Assembly: GCA_029717555.1 (NCBI GenBank)
Contig: JAMDHS010000011.1
Span: 124,001-188,000 of the forward strand
Direction: 5' to 3'
Length of the DNA: 64,000 nucleotides
Source: Peribolospora baueri
Taxonomy: Eukaryota
The translations under genes and the position numbers were made by a program. Position 1 is the stretch's first letter. Each line of letters begins with the position of its first letter. This document shows positions 26,158-36,969 of this stretch, piece after piece. The notes under the pieces are model-generated. The model was not told where the DNA came from and made no database searches. It was given only the letters and a program-made list of their open reading frames with translations.

Positions 26158-28894
26158 TCACGCAGCTGACCCACCAGAAGCAGAAGCAGAAGCAGAAGGG
26201 CGAGAGGGAGTCGTACCGCGAGCCGGGCCATTTCGGACATCCAAAGTCAGCGGCAACGACCCGTTCTTCTTCTCGCCCTCCTTCGCCCTCCCTTTTTCCT
26301 TGCTTTTCCCTTCATTGACCTTGGACCCGCCGCCTCCGCCATCGTTCTCGTCCTTTCCAGCTTCACTCGCGCCCTCCACGTCGACCTCCATGTCCGTCCC
26401 AGCGCCCGCAACCGCACCCCCTACGCCCGCGTCGGCATCGGTAACCACCTCCTCCCCTGCGGCAGAGGCTCCGGCGCCTCCCAACCTCATCTCCAAATCC
26501 CTCACCCTGCCCTCCAAGCCCCTCACTCTACCCTCCCAAACCACTCTCTCCTCCCTCACCCTCCTCTCCACAGTCTCCTCCATAACCCGTCTCGCCTTCT
26601 CAAGCGTCGCCAACAAACTCGTACTCCGCTTGATCTGGTCTTCTAACGTCGCTTTGAGCGTTCGACTATCGGAGAGCGAATCATAGAACTTGCTAAAGAG
26701 TTCTAGGAACGACTCTCGGTTGGCGGTGTGCAAGGAGGAGCTGTTCGGAGAGCGCAGGTGCGGCGGTACCGCCGTCCGCGGTGGCTCCGCGTGCGCCTGT
26801 GTCCACGATCCCATGCCGGCGTTGGAGCTGGACGGGTGGGACGAGGAGGTGTGATGAGCGGTGTGGTGGGATTGAGAAGAACCGACGACGCTGTGAGCGT
26901 GCTGCCTGGCAAAGGTGGTCGTGTGATAAGCCGGGCTCGGCAGGACCGAGTTGGGGTGGCCGAGGCCGAGGGCATGTCGCGCGCTTAGGCCCGCCGCGGT
27001 CACCACGCCAGACGTCTGAAGGGCAGGAATAGAACCAGAATGAGCGCCGGAGGAGAATGAATGGGCGGTGTGGGGCGGCTGAGGGAGACCGCCGCCGGGG
27101 ACGACGGGGGCGATGATGTGCGATGACTGCGAAGCTCCGGCGCTACGAGACACACCACCCACTGCGATTCCACCGCGCGCCTGAGAGGAAGCGACGGCGG
27201 CGGCGGCGCGCGACGCTTGAGCCGCCGCTCTCTGAGCGGCGTACCCTACGTGGTACGCCGGCGCGGACCCGGAACCGTTCTGAGCAATGGCCGCGCCGGG
27301 TCCTCGACCGTCGTGTGCCGGGTATGCGACGCCATGCGGGCCGCCATGGGCGAGGGAAATGGAGTGATGACCGTGGTGTGAGGAAGGGAGACCGGGGGGA
27401 TGGCCAAAAGAAACTTTATGCGCAGGGGCGCTCTTGGCGCCTCCGCCCATCATCATCCTCCCGTCCCAGAAGCCAGAGGTGCGCTCGTGCTCGAGAGCGA
27501 TCCTGTCACGGTGGTCGACGGCGAACATGGGATCGTCGGTGCCGGAGGCGAACGAGGTGGCCGAAGAGGAGGGGGGACCAGAGGTGCGGATGGTGAGTTT
27601 GCGGGCCTTGGCCTGGGCGACGTCTCCCCTTCGCCGAGCGAGGCCAGGGAGGGCAGAGCTGATCGGGGGCGGGAAGGCGTCCATGGCGCTGGCCGATGCG
27701 GCCGTCGCGAGCCGTTCCAAAGGCGGCGTCGCGGTCCGAGTCGTGGGCCCGTGCGGCATAGGCGACGAGCCGACGAAGGCGGACCGGCCGCCTTCCGAAA
27801 CGGAAAGACCGGCGTCGCTGGCCCTCCGGAGGTCGTCGTGAGCACCAACGGCGAGCCTCCTGCGCTCGTCCGAGAGGTCTTGCTGCTCTCGCAACTCGCG
27901 CGTCCGTCGGGATTGCTCGTCCTCGTAGGGCGAAGGCGCGTACGGAAGCGGGGTGCGCGAGGAGACGGGAGTTGCGGAGGCGGAATGAGAGTAGGTGTAG
28001 TGCGCTTGGGCGGGGAGGGGAGGCAGCGGGTGGTGACCGTAGGCGGGGTTGGGTGCTTGGGGCGAGGAGCTGTAATGGGGACGGTCGTGGGAGAGGCCGC
28101 CATGGTTGCCGCCAACGGCGCGTGCAACGGCCTCGGCTTGCTCACGCTGGGCGGCGCCGGAGATGGTCACCCTCCGACGCTTGCTTCCGCCGGAGCCGGA
28201 GCCGGAGCGGTTGAGGATGCCGGGAGGGGGAGCGGGCGCGAGTGCGCCGGCGCCGTTGCCGGACGGGTGCGGAGGGGGCAGGCCGAGGCCTAGGGCTGAT
28301 GTTGAGGAAGCGGAGAAGGATGACCGTCGATCTTCTTCGCCGGCGTACCCACGGACGGGCGGTAGGTTGCGGGAAGAGGAGGTGGGGTGATAGCGGTGAT
28401 GGTGGTGGTGGAAAGGATAAGACGCCGCGACGTCTCTACTGGCTCGGTAAAATTCGGAAGGGGGCGAAGAGGGGTGAGATGGCTCGGTCTTGATGACGAT
28501 GGGAGACCTGTGCGAGGAGAGAGAGCGAGAGGAAGAGAGAGATATGCAAACCGAACGAAAGGAAGTCGGGCGAGGCGAGAAGGGAAAGGGAAAGGAGGAA
28601 TGCTCACCGATCGCCGGCGCTGTCCAGCTCATCGCTCTCGTCCGGCTCGTCCCCTGCGCCGCCGGGCCGTGCGCGATGGCCGATGTCGTCATACCTCCTC
28701 TTTCTCGATGACGACGGCAAGGCGGGCGCATCAGGCGCTCCCCGTGCGAGTGCAGACGCGGCGCTGGGGGAGGGCGGTAGGTCGAGGGGGCGCGAGTGCT
28801 GGGCTGCGGAGGAAGGGGAAGGGGTGCGGTGGGCGTAGGGAGCGTGGGAGGGGTAGCGGGAGGCGGCGGCGGTGGAGGAGGAGGCGGAGGCCAT
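26158..28894 (-). CDS. Large Ser/Pro/His-rich disordered protein with C-terminal coiled coil (possible regulator)
   Basis: Exon 1 28894-28608 (MASASSS...SSRKRRYDD), intron 28508-28607 (GTGAGC...CAG), then in frame with the 857-aa ORF. Basic motif [10 protein letters not shown]; helical segment [37 protein letters not shown]. Confidence 0.75.
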
Positions 28895-31394
28895 GGCGGA
28901 CGGGGGGGACGAGGAGCGTGCCTAGCTCGGCGACGCTCGGCGATGTGAAGATGGGACGGAGGGGAGTGGGATGTGTACTGGGGAGAGTAAGGAACGGTGG
29001 GAGGGGTGGTGGTGGCGAGGAGGGAGTGGTGGTGAGGGTGATGGTGATGGTGATGATGATGGTGGTGGTGGTGGTGGTGGTGATGGCGGTCACGACGGGT
29101 GTCGAGGCCGAGCGAGCGAGGTCAGGTCGCCGTTGCCGTTGCGCGTGCCGACGGAATCAGCTTGGACCGTGTTCCATCAAGGGCGGGTCGGGCGTCGTCG
29201 TGCGTCGGTCGTCTTGTCTTTGTCGGTTGGGCTGGTTGCTCGTTTGTCCGTGTGTCCGTCGTCTGTTTGGCTGATGGCTGCTGTTGGTTGTCTACCTGCC
29301 CTCGCCCTCGCCCGTGCCATCTGCCGTCTGCTTGCTTGTCTATGTGCTTCCTTGCCCGCCTCGCTCGCCTCCTCCTCGCCTTTCCTCCTCTTTCTCCCGC
29401 TTCCTCCGCCCACGCCTAGCCTAGCCCCGATCTCAAGTTTCAGTCTCCCTGCGCCCGGCCGAGCGCCTCCGCCATCTACTGCGGCACCGCTCCGTTCCAT
29501 CCCCTTGCCCGACACGTAGCTACATATAGCTAGCTCCGTCCGACCTGCGCCCGCCCCTGCGCTGTGCACGTGACTGCATGTGACTTTGCATCACCCACGT
29601 CCCCCTTCCATGCTTGGCAGGCCGGCCTGGCTGGCGGCTGGGCGCACACACTACTTGTGCCTCGTCCGGCTCAGTCGAATTACATAATGACCACGCCACG
29701 CCCATGTCCTGTATGCCCTGTATGCCCATGTCTCGCGCCACAGCAATAGCAACACCGATGACTAAGGCTTGGGCTCGGGCTCGATCGGGCTTGCTTGGTG
29801 GGCTTGATCGCTCATCCTCGTTCCCGCCCGGCGCTGCCAGCCCGTCCCGTCCGTTGCCGTCGCCGTCGCCGTCGGACCCGGGACCCGGCCTCGCTCTGCC
29901 TGGCTGGCGGGCTGGCAGGATGAGAGTGAAACGAAATGAGATGGGACAGACCAACGCTTGCATTTCTTCCGCCTTCCCTTCCCTTGCACCAGACGCCGTC
30001 GAATTTAGAATGGGAAAAGTCGACAGACGGCGTCGCTCGCTGCTCGCTCGCCCACCCTCGCTCCCCTTTCGTCCTTGCCAGCGCCGCGTGACCCCAACGC
30101 GCACATCGTCCGCGCCCTCTCCGTCACACACGTGCCGCCCATCGTGCACGTCCCTCCCTTCCTCCTATCCTCTATCCTCTACTCTTCCACATACGTCCTC
30201 TTGTGGTTATGTAAGCCACCTAGCGTGTGGACGCCGCTCGTCGCCGCGACGCGACATTGAGCTGCTCCTTCTCCTTGCGCGGGCAACTCCATGCGGGCCG
30301 AGTGAGCAAGCAAGACACGCCGGCCTGCCTGCTAGCTTGCTTGCTGGCTGGCGGGAGAACGACGGCGGCGCGCGCCGCGCCCCCCCTGGCAGCAGACGGA
30401 TGGACGGACGCGATGCGATCCGACGCGAGACGGTCAGGGTCGCCCTTTCGAGCTCTTCCTACCGGGCAGGCTCAGATGAGATCGCGCCGGATCTATCTAC
30501 GTACGACCTTTTCGCTTTCGCTTTTCCTTAGTCGGTTCGCCAAAGACACGGGCGCGGGGGTCGATCTCGCTTTCGATTTCGCTCCCATCCATCCTTCTAG
30601 AACAGCGTGATATTTGGTTATGCACACCCCGAAGGAGGGTACGTGTACGTCGTAAGCGCGTACCGTACGTACATGGGTAGACAGACGAGAATACCGTCCT
30701 CTTGACGCCGTCTCGGCGCGAAAACGTCTCGGCGAGAGGCCTTCCATCCAGCCACTTCGAACACGAACAGTGCCCATCCCGTCCATCTCGATATGACCCT
30801 CTCCTTCGCCCTGTCACGTCAGCTCGCCAGCCACACCGCACACTCACCGCGGTCGTCGATCGGCCGTCGGCGCATCGATCCGATTGATCTCGACCGGACC
30901 GAAAAAACTCTTTCTCCGACCCCACGCCCTCTCCTGTCACCTCCGCACCTCCGCGGCGCACCCCACCAGCGCCCACCGCCGCGATATGTATGTACATATA
31001 TATACACACGCACACATATGTATATGTATGACGAACACAACCCATTTGCCGCAGCGGCGTCGAACGCCAGCCGTGCGGAATGGGGACGGGACGGTAAGAC
31101 ACCGTCGAGTTATGAGGAGCGCGCTCCTCACGACCTCGCCGTCCCGCAGCTATCTGGCTGGATGGCTTCCGTAGTCCTTGCCTCGTCGACTAACAGTGGT
31201 TTTGAAATAAATAAATTGCTCCGCGTAGGCGGGCGGGCCAACCAGCCGCCCGGCAAGGCAAGGCAAGAGTGGCGGCGGGGCGCAAACATCTTAGTTACAA
31301 GGGTAGAACAAGGTCCGCCCCAAGATGCGTGCATATCCTTTCTACGTCGCTCCCCGCGATCGTCGTTCTAAATCCCCAAGGTATCTATCCATCA

Positions 31395-34300
31395 TCATCG
31401 ATCATCACTCGTTCTGCCGGTGAACCCTCTCTTCGCTTCGGCGTCCAGCTCTGCTTTTCCCGCCCCGTCGCCAGAGCCGAAGACGGGCTTGTCGTCGGGG
31501 AGGACGAACAGCGAGGTATCGTAGTTGCGCTTGTTGAACACGGTGTACTCTCGTCCTGTCCAGCGGCAGAACACCCACGTCGCCGCCGCACGGAAAGCGA
31601 AGGCGACGAAGGACCAGCCCACAGACCCCTGCGCGAAGCGAACGAACGAGCGAAGCAGTGGACGAGTCAGGGCTGTGTGCCGCAAATCGCGTCCTTCGGC
31701 GTGACAGGCCGCCGGCGCTGGTCAAATCGTATCCCGGGTTAGAGAACGGGCGACTCACCAGAGGGGCGCAAAGGAAGGCGCCGAGGACGGAGTAGTCTGA
31801 CACGTAAAGATCCTATAAAGGCAAAAAGAAAACATGGGGCGATCAGTATCCATCCGCTTCGCATCCGACTTTCACCGCGCACTGACATTGGGCAGAGTGA
31901 TGAGCTTGCCCCCTTCATAAGCGCTGCCGAGGTAGATCGTGCCAAAGATGAAGACGGTGAAGAAGCCACCCATTGCGCCTACGAAGACCTGGTGAGCAAA
32001 GATGGTGGTTCGAGCGTGCGAGCGGTGGGAAGAGATGTGAGCCGACGGTGCGTGTCAAAGGTAGACGGAACGAGTAGCACCGTGTAGGAGACTCACGTCG
32101 AATCCGTTCAGGAACCAGAAGTGGTCGACCAAACCCAGCAGAGGGGCCGGCAACGCAGCTGTGCGATGGAGCGATCCGAAATGACATGAGAGAGCGGCTC
32201 TGTACAGTTTCATTTCTTAAACGCGGTCGCTTCACGAAAGACAAACTCACCCGCGGCGCCCAAATCGGCGATCAAGAAAACCTCTAGGATATCGACGTTC
32301 TTGACGGCCAGCACGACGCTAGGCACATTGAGCGCAAGAAGGAGGACGCGACTGACGACGAGCGGCACGCGGTTGAGGAACACGTCGTTCTGAAGCGTCG
32401 AGATCTGAGCGCTCTGCAGCGTGTCGTAGGCGGAGCAACTCAGGGCGCTTGCGAGAACGAGGATGATACCCTGAACCCAGTCGGGTAGGGTTCCCAGGAC
32501 GATGAAGAACGTGTCCGAACCATCCGACTGGCCTTGCACCCAAAGGCCGGACCATTGTGCAAGAGGGCCGGTGACGCCGACGAGAAAGCAGATAGCGAAG
32601 AGAATCGGAGTAGCGATGATCACGCTAACGTAAAGGTCCTTGTTCGAGCGAGACGCGAAGGCGCGCTCTGCATGTGGACGTAGACCCGAGCCGGATGAAT
32701 TAATCAGCCGCGACGCCTCCACGTCAGCCCACGATATCAGCGCATATCCCACTTACGCCAAAAGCCTTGGTTGAACATTTGACTGAAGATGAGCGCAGCG
32801 GGAAGGATGTACCACAGCTGTCCGCCAAGCGAGTGGCCCTTCGTCAGACCCGAGCTTTCAACGAGGTCTGGTTGGATTTTCAGCTTGACGCCGAAAGCAA
32901 CTGTGGCCATGATCTACAGAAATTCAAGCCGATAGATGTATAATCAGAGACCCAGACAGCAAACTCAAGAATGGAATCTAGCTCTGCCTTCTGCTCACAA
33001 TAAAAATCATCACGACTACGCCTTGCACGTTGTCCGTCCACAAACTGGCCTTGAAACCTCCATAGGTGGTGTAGATGGTCGTGGTGATGGCGACGATCAG
33101 AGCTGCGATCGTCGGGTCGACTCCGCCGAGGGAGCTGACCACGTATCCGTACGTATTGAGCTCGGTGATCCTGAGAGGTGAGTAAGATGTGGAGACCGCT
33201 GCTAATGAGATGAAGGAGACGCGGACCAGATATGGAGACTGTCGGGACCAGAACCCACATGAAGCACAGCATAAACCCGCAGAATATAACGGCCGCCAAA
33301 ACGCCAACAGGCCAACCGAACCGCCTACGGATGTACTCGGAGAGGGTGAAGCCGTCTGGACACTTGCGACGGATGGCCGGACCGAGCCATGCAAAGGCCC
33401 AAAGAGGCACGACGGTGGAGAAGCAGTAGGCGCTAAGCCCAAGCAAGCCGGCCGTAGGGATTACGGCCACTTGAGGATATCCGAATAAGAGCGAGGACGA
33501 CATGTCTGTTTAAAGCGTTGGGGCAGAAAAAAGAGAAATGATAAGTTCGATGGAGCCCTACCTTCCCAATGGGGAAGGCGCGGGGGACAACAAAAACGAA
33601 GAGAGAACGCGCCAGGGAGCGCAAAAGGAGAAGTGAGGCCGTCTTCAACGGACACTCGGGAAAGAAACAAAAGGAAAAAAAAAGGCAGCAGCGTTCCCTT
33701 CGCGAGCATTGTCTCGATCAGGTCATTAACGGTGTACATCTCAGCCCGCGCCTCTGTCCGACGTTTTCTTCCAGCCCGAGTCCCCTAAGAGGCGCACAGG
33801 CAGGGTCGAAATGCGTCGGACATGAGGGGACATGTCCTTTCCCTGGCTTCAACTCTGGACTAATCCAAGAGAGATGCAAGCAGAAAGAGCACGCGCGAGC
33901 ACCCGCAGCGGTTGCCTTTCCGTTGTCTTCCCTCTTTTCCCGACCCAATCCATCGACGCCTCTGCCGGAGAGGCGAAGACGGAGCGGACAAGGAAAGAAG
34001 GAAAACCGAACGGAGAAGAACGAGGCGAGAGGGAGGCAGAAGAGATGATGTGCACGTCACCGTCATGGATACCCTATACGAAGATGCGAGCCTGGGCTAT
34101 TGCATTTTGCCAATTGCAGGATGGAAGACGACTGTGGGAGAGGAGGTAGGAAAGAGATACGCGCTCGAAGCGATCCAGTTCAGCGAGAGTGGGAAGGCTG
34201 AAAAAAACAAGAGATGAGATGGACGGTCAGAGGTCCAGGATCAGCTGCTATTCCGCGGGTCCAGCGTTGACGCACCGCTCTGGCTACGAATGCCGCTGAG

Positions 34301-34405
34301 GAAGTCGACCTTGCTCTTGACTCTGTAACCGGCGTACAGCCCTACGAGCATAAAGCCGCAGAGGCTGCAGTACACGAGTGCGTTGGCTTGTTGAACTGTT
34401 AACAT
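31395..34405 (-). CDS. Sodium:solute symporter family transporter (DUR3/DUR31/NCU01977-like), probable thiamine/HMP transporter
   Basis: Spliced reading MLTVQQANALVY...DFLSGIRSQS-AFPLSLNWIAS-NMSSSLLFGYPQ...CPDGFTLSEYIRRRFG...YTTYGGFKASLWTDNVQG...RAFASRSNKDL...SCSAYDTLQSA...FLIADL. Many TM segments. Contains a TPP aptamer in intron 2. Confidence 0.88.
33681..33919 (-). ncRNA. TPP riboswitch aptamer (THI element) in intron 2 of the transporter
   Basis: Minus strand: AAAGGCAACCGCT-GCGGGTG-CTCGCG...[~150-nt P3]...CGCGGG-CTGAGA-TGTA-CACCGT-TAATG-ACCTGATC-GAGACAATGCTC-GCGAAGGGA-ACGCTGCTGCCTTT. Contains GGGTG, the CUGAGA pyrimidine sensor, ACCUGAU, a P5 hairpin and GCGNAGGGA in the correct order, with pairable P2/P3/P4/P5 and flanking AAAGGCA/TGCCTTT. 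Confidence 0.95.
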
Positions 34406-34741
34406 GGTGTGCGGGTTAATGAGGAGATGGGGAATGTGAAATGAGGTGAACGAGAAGGAGAAGCGGGAGGGAGGATGGAGGAGAAAAGGTTGAGGCGAAA
34501 AAAAAAAAGATAGAGACGCCCGATAAAGAAAAGCAGCTGATCAGGAACGACGCCGACCCGCGGGACCTTAACCCTAACCGGCGTCTTTCAGGGCCCGGCA
34601 TCCTACCGCAGGCTTGACAGCTTGGCCCGGCCCGGGCCGTGTCCGAAGGAAGGAAAAGACCGCGACGCTTGTACACTGCGAGCGAGGTTCGATAGAGCTC
34701 AGCTGCTTGTGAAGTCAGAAAGCCTCCACTCTCAGACGACG

Positions 34742-36708
34742 ATGACGGTCGCAAAATTTCTAGAGACAATCCAGGATCTCTCTGCGCTTGTCGACAAGTA
34801 CGACAATTTCCTGTTTGGTGAGTCCAGGTGCGCCTTGGACGCATGCGATGCTCCTCAGGGCGGCTTGGCTCACCGATCACCACGCTTCCTCCGTTATTTT
34901 CTCGTGGTCTGACCGTCTCCGACAGACTGTGATGGAGTGTGAGTGGAGTAAGCCGAGAACTTTTCCCGAGACGGAAGGGAGGTATCTCGCACGGTCATGC
35001 TGCAATGAATCCAGCTGACTTGGAGAGCCAAATTTCTTTCTCCCCGTCAACACATGGACGGGGACCTTGATGTAGTCTCTGGTCGGGAGATGACACGATA
35101 AAGGGGGTCGTCTCTGTGCTCGAGAAACTCCGTAAGCGAGGTAAGCGTGTGGTCTTCCAAGTTCCTGCCGGAGAGGGCGAGCGAGCGCAAAGCTGCAGCT
35201 CGCCTTCTCCCGGCTTTTCGCCTGCCTTTCGCTGGTCATTCGCTCGCGGAAGACATGCCAGCGAGCATCACTCTTACACGGCCTATAACCTTCCTCATGT
35301 TATTCTTATCTCAGGAAAGAACATTGTTTTCGTCACCAATAACGCTACCAAATCTCGAGCGGCGTTCAAGGAGAAATTTCAGAAATTGGGCATCAAGTCG
35401 GATGTGGTGAGTTGGTCGCCCAGTTCGATCCTGTCCGGTCTGACGGGGACGCATGCCATTTCTCGGTGTATCGCTGGGCGTGGGAAACGATGAACGGGAA
35501 GTCTCCTTTTTCTCCTCGCTTCCTGAATCTCCTTTCAGGACGAGATCTTCTCCTCAGCTTACGCCTCAGCGGCTTACATTAAACACAACCTCAAACTACC
35601 GTCGGACAAGCGCGTCTATGTCATCGGCATGTCAGGCATCGAGGAGGAGCTGGACGCCGAAGGGGTTTTGCACACCGGTGGAACGGTGAGGAAGTGGGCA
35701 GAGGCAGAGCAGGTTGGAGGGCAAGCTGCCGCTTTTAGTTGAAACTAACATAATACACTCTCCCTTGTTCTTTCCTCGACTTTCCGGCACCCCCTCAAGG
35801 ACCCAGCAGACAACGTCTTCCTTCCTGCCCTCGACTTCTCCTCCATCCGCCCCGACCCAACAATAGGCGCGGTTCTCTGCGGCTTTGACATGCACATCAA
35901 CTACAACAAGCTCGCCAAGGCTTATCGATACATCATGGACAACGACGGTTGTTATTTCATATTGACGAATGACGACTCTACTTTCCCTACTGGACGGGGC
36001 ACTTTTCCAGGTGAGTTTGAGGATATCGCCTTGGGGAGCACGTCTGCAACCACAGGGCGAAGCGATGACCGTCTCGTTGCATTGGAACTTTGGCGATCAG
36101 GCGCAGGCTCCATCTCCGCACCTCTCCTCGTCTCTACGAAAAAGATGCCCATTATCGTCGGCAAGCCGCACCCCACCATGCTCGAGTCTATTTTGAAAAA
36201 GTGCGTCTACTTAGTTTCGTCCGCTAAAGGGAGAGGGGGTTTGGGGTTGTCCAAATTCCCCTCCTCGATGGCTATGTCACTCGCGGGATCCTTCGATGCT
36301 GACGAGGTAATATCCCCCTTCATCACTAAACCCACCGCCCACCTCGCTCTGTCCAATCTGTTGTTCCCTTATCCTTTCCGCTCCATATACGCAGGAAGCA
36401 CTTCGACCGTTCCCGAACCGTCATGATTGGCGATCGGCTGAACACTGACATCGAGTTCGGTATCCGCGGTGGCATCGATACCGTGCTCGTCCTTACCGGT
36501 GAGTGGGTGATTCTCCCGATGGCGGCCCGTCGTCCCGTCCGGACGGCGCCTCCTGATCGGACCCGACCTAATCGGAATCACCTCTCGCTCGCCGCCTTCC
36601 TTCCTTGGCACAGGCATCTCCACCCGAGCAGACGCAGAAGGCCCGGAGGCGAAAACGGTGCCGACGTACATCATGAACAGTCTCGGCGACCTCGACTCGC
36701 TGGAATGA
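34742..36708 (+). CDS. PHO13: HAD-IIA phosphatase (4-nitrophenyl/phosphoglycolate phosphatase, Pho13-like)
   Basis: FLFDCDGVLW (assembled through a 13-nt microexon, 34926-34938), FVTNNATKSR, EIFSSAYASA, FILTNDDSTFP, GAGSI, VGKP, MIGDRLNTDIEFG, TVLVLTG. Confidence 0.92.
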
Positions 36709-36969
36709 ATAGTCGGACGGAGGAATGTAGAAGCAAACACGTAGATAAACGCAGAAGGTGCGGTTGGGGTGCGGTTGGGGCGAGGGTTGGGATAGATCGG
36801 TACGCGGCTTGTCGTATGGACCTTGCTCATGGGACCTGAATCGTCCACATGCGTGATACAGTCAGACAGAGGAAGACTGTTGCTAACAAGTCCGTCTTGA
36901 AGCGCATATTGTAGAACAATGAGAGAGCTTTTTTCTACCGTACTCCATTGAATTGCTTTAAGTAAACGA

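Noticed and set aside
29035..29121. Poly-His reading in frame with the 857-aa ORF
   Set aside because: A TGA at 29124-29122 closes the frame upstream, and there is no ATG or acceptor before the tract. The spliced model from ATG 28894 fits better, so it is treated as a leader microsatellite.
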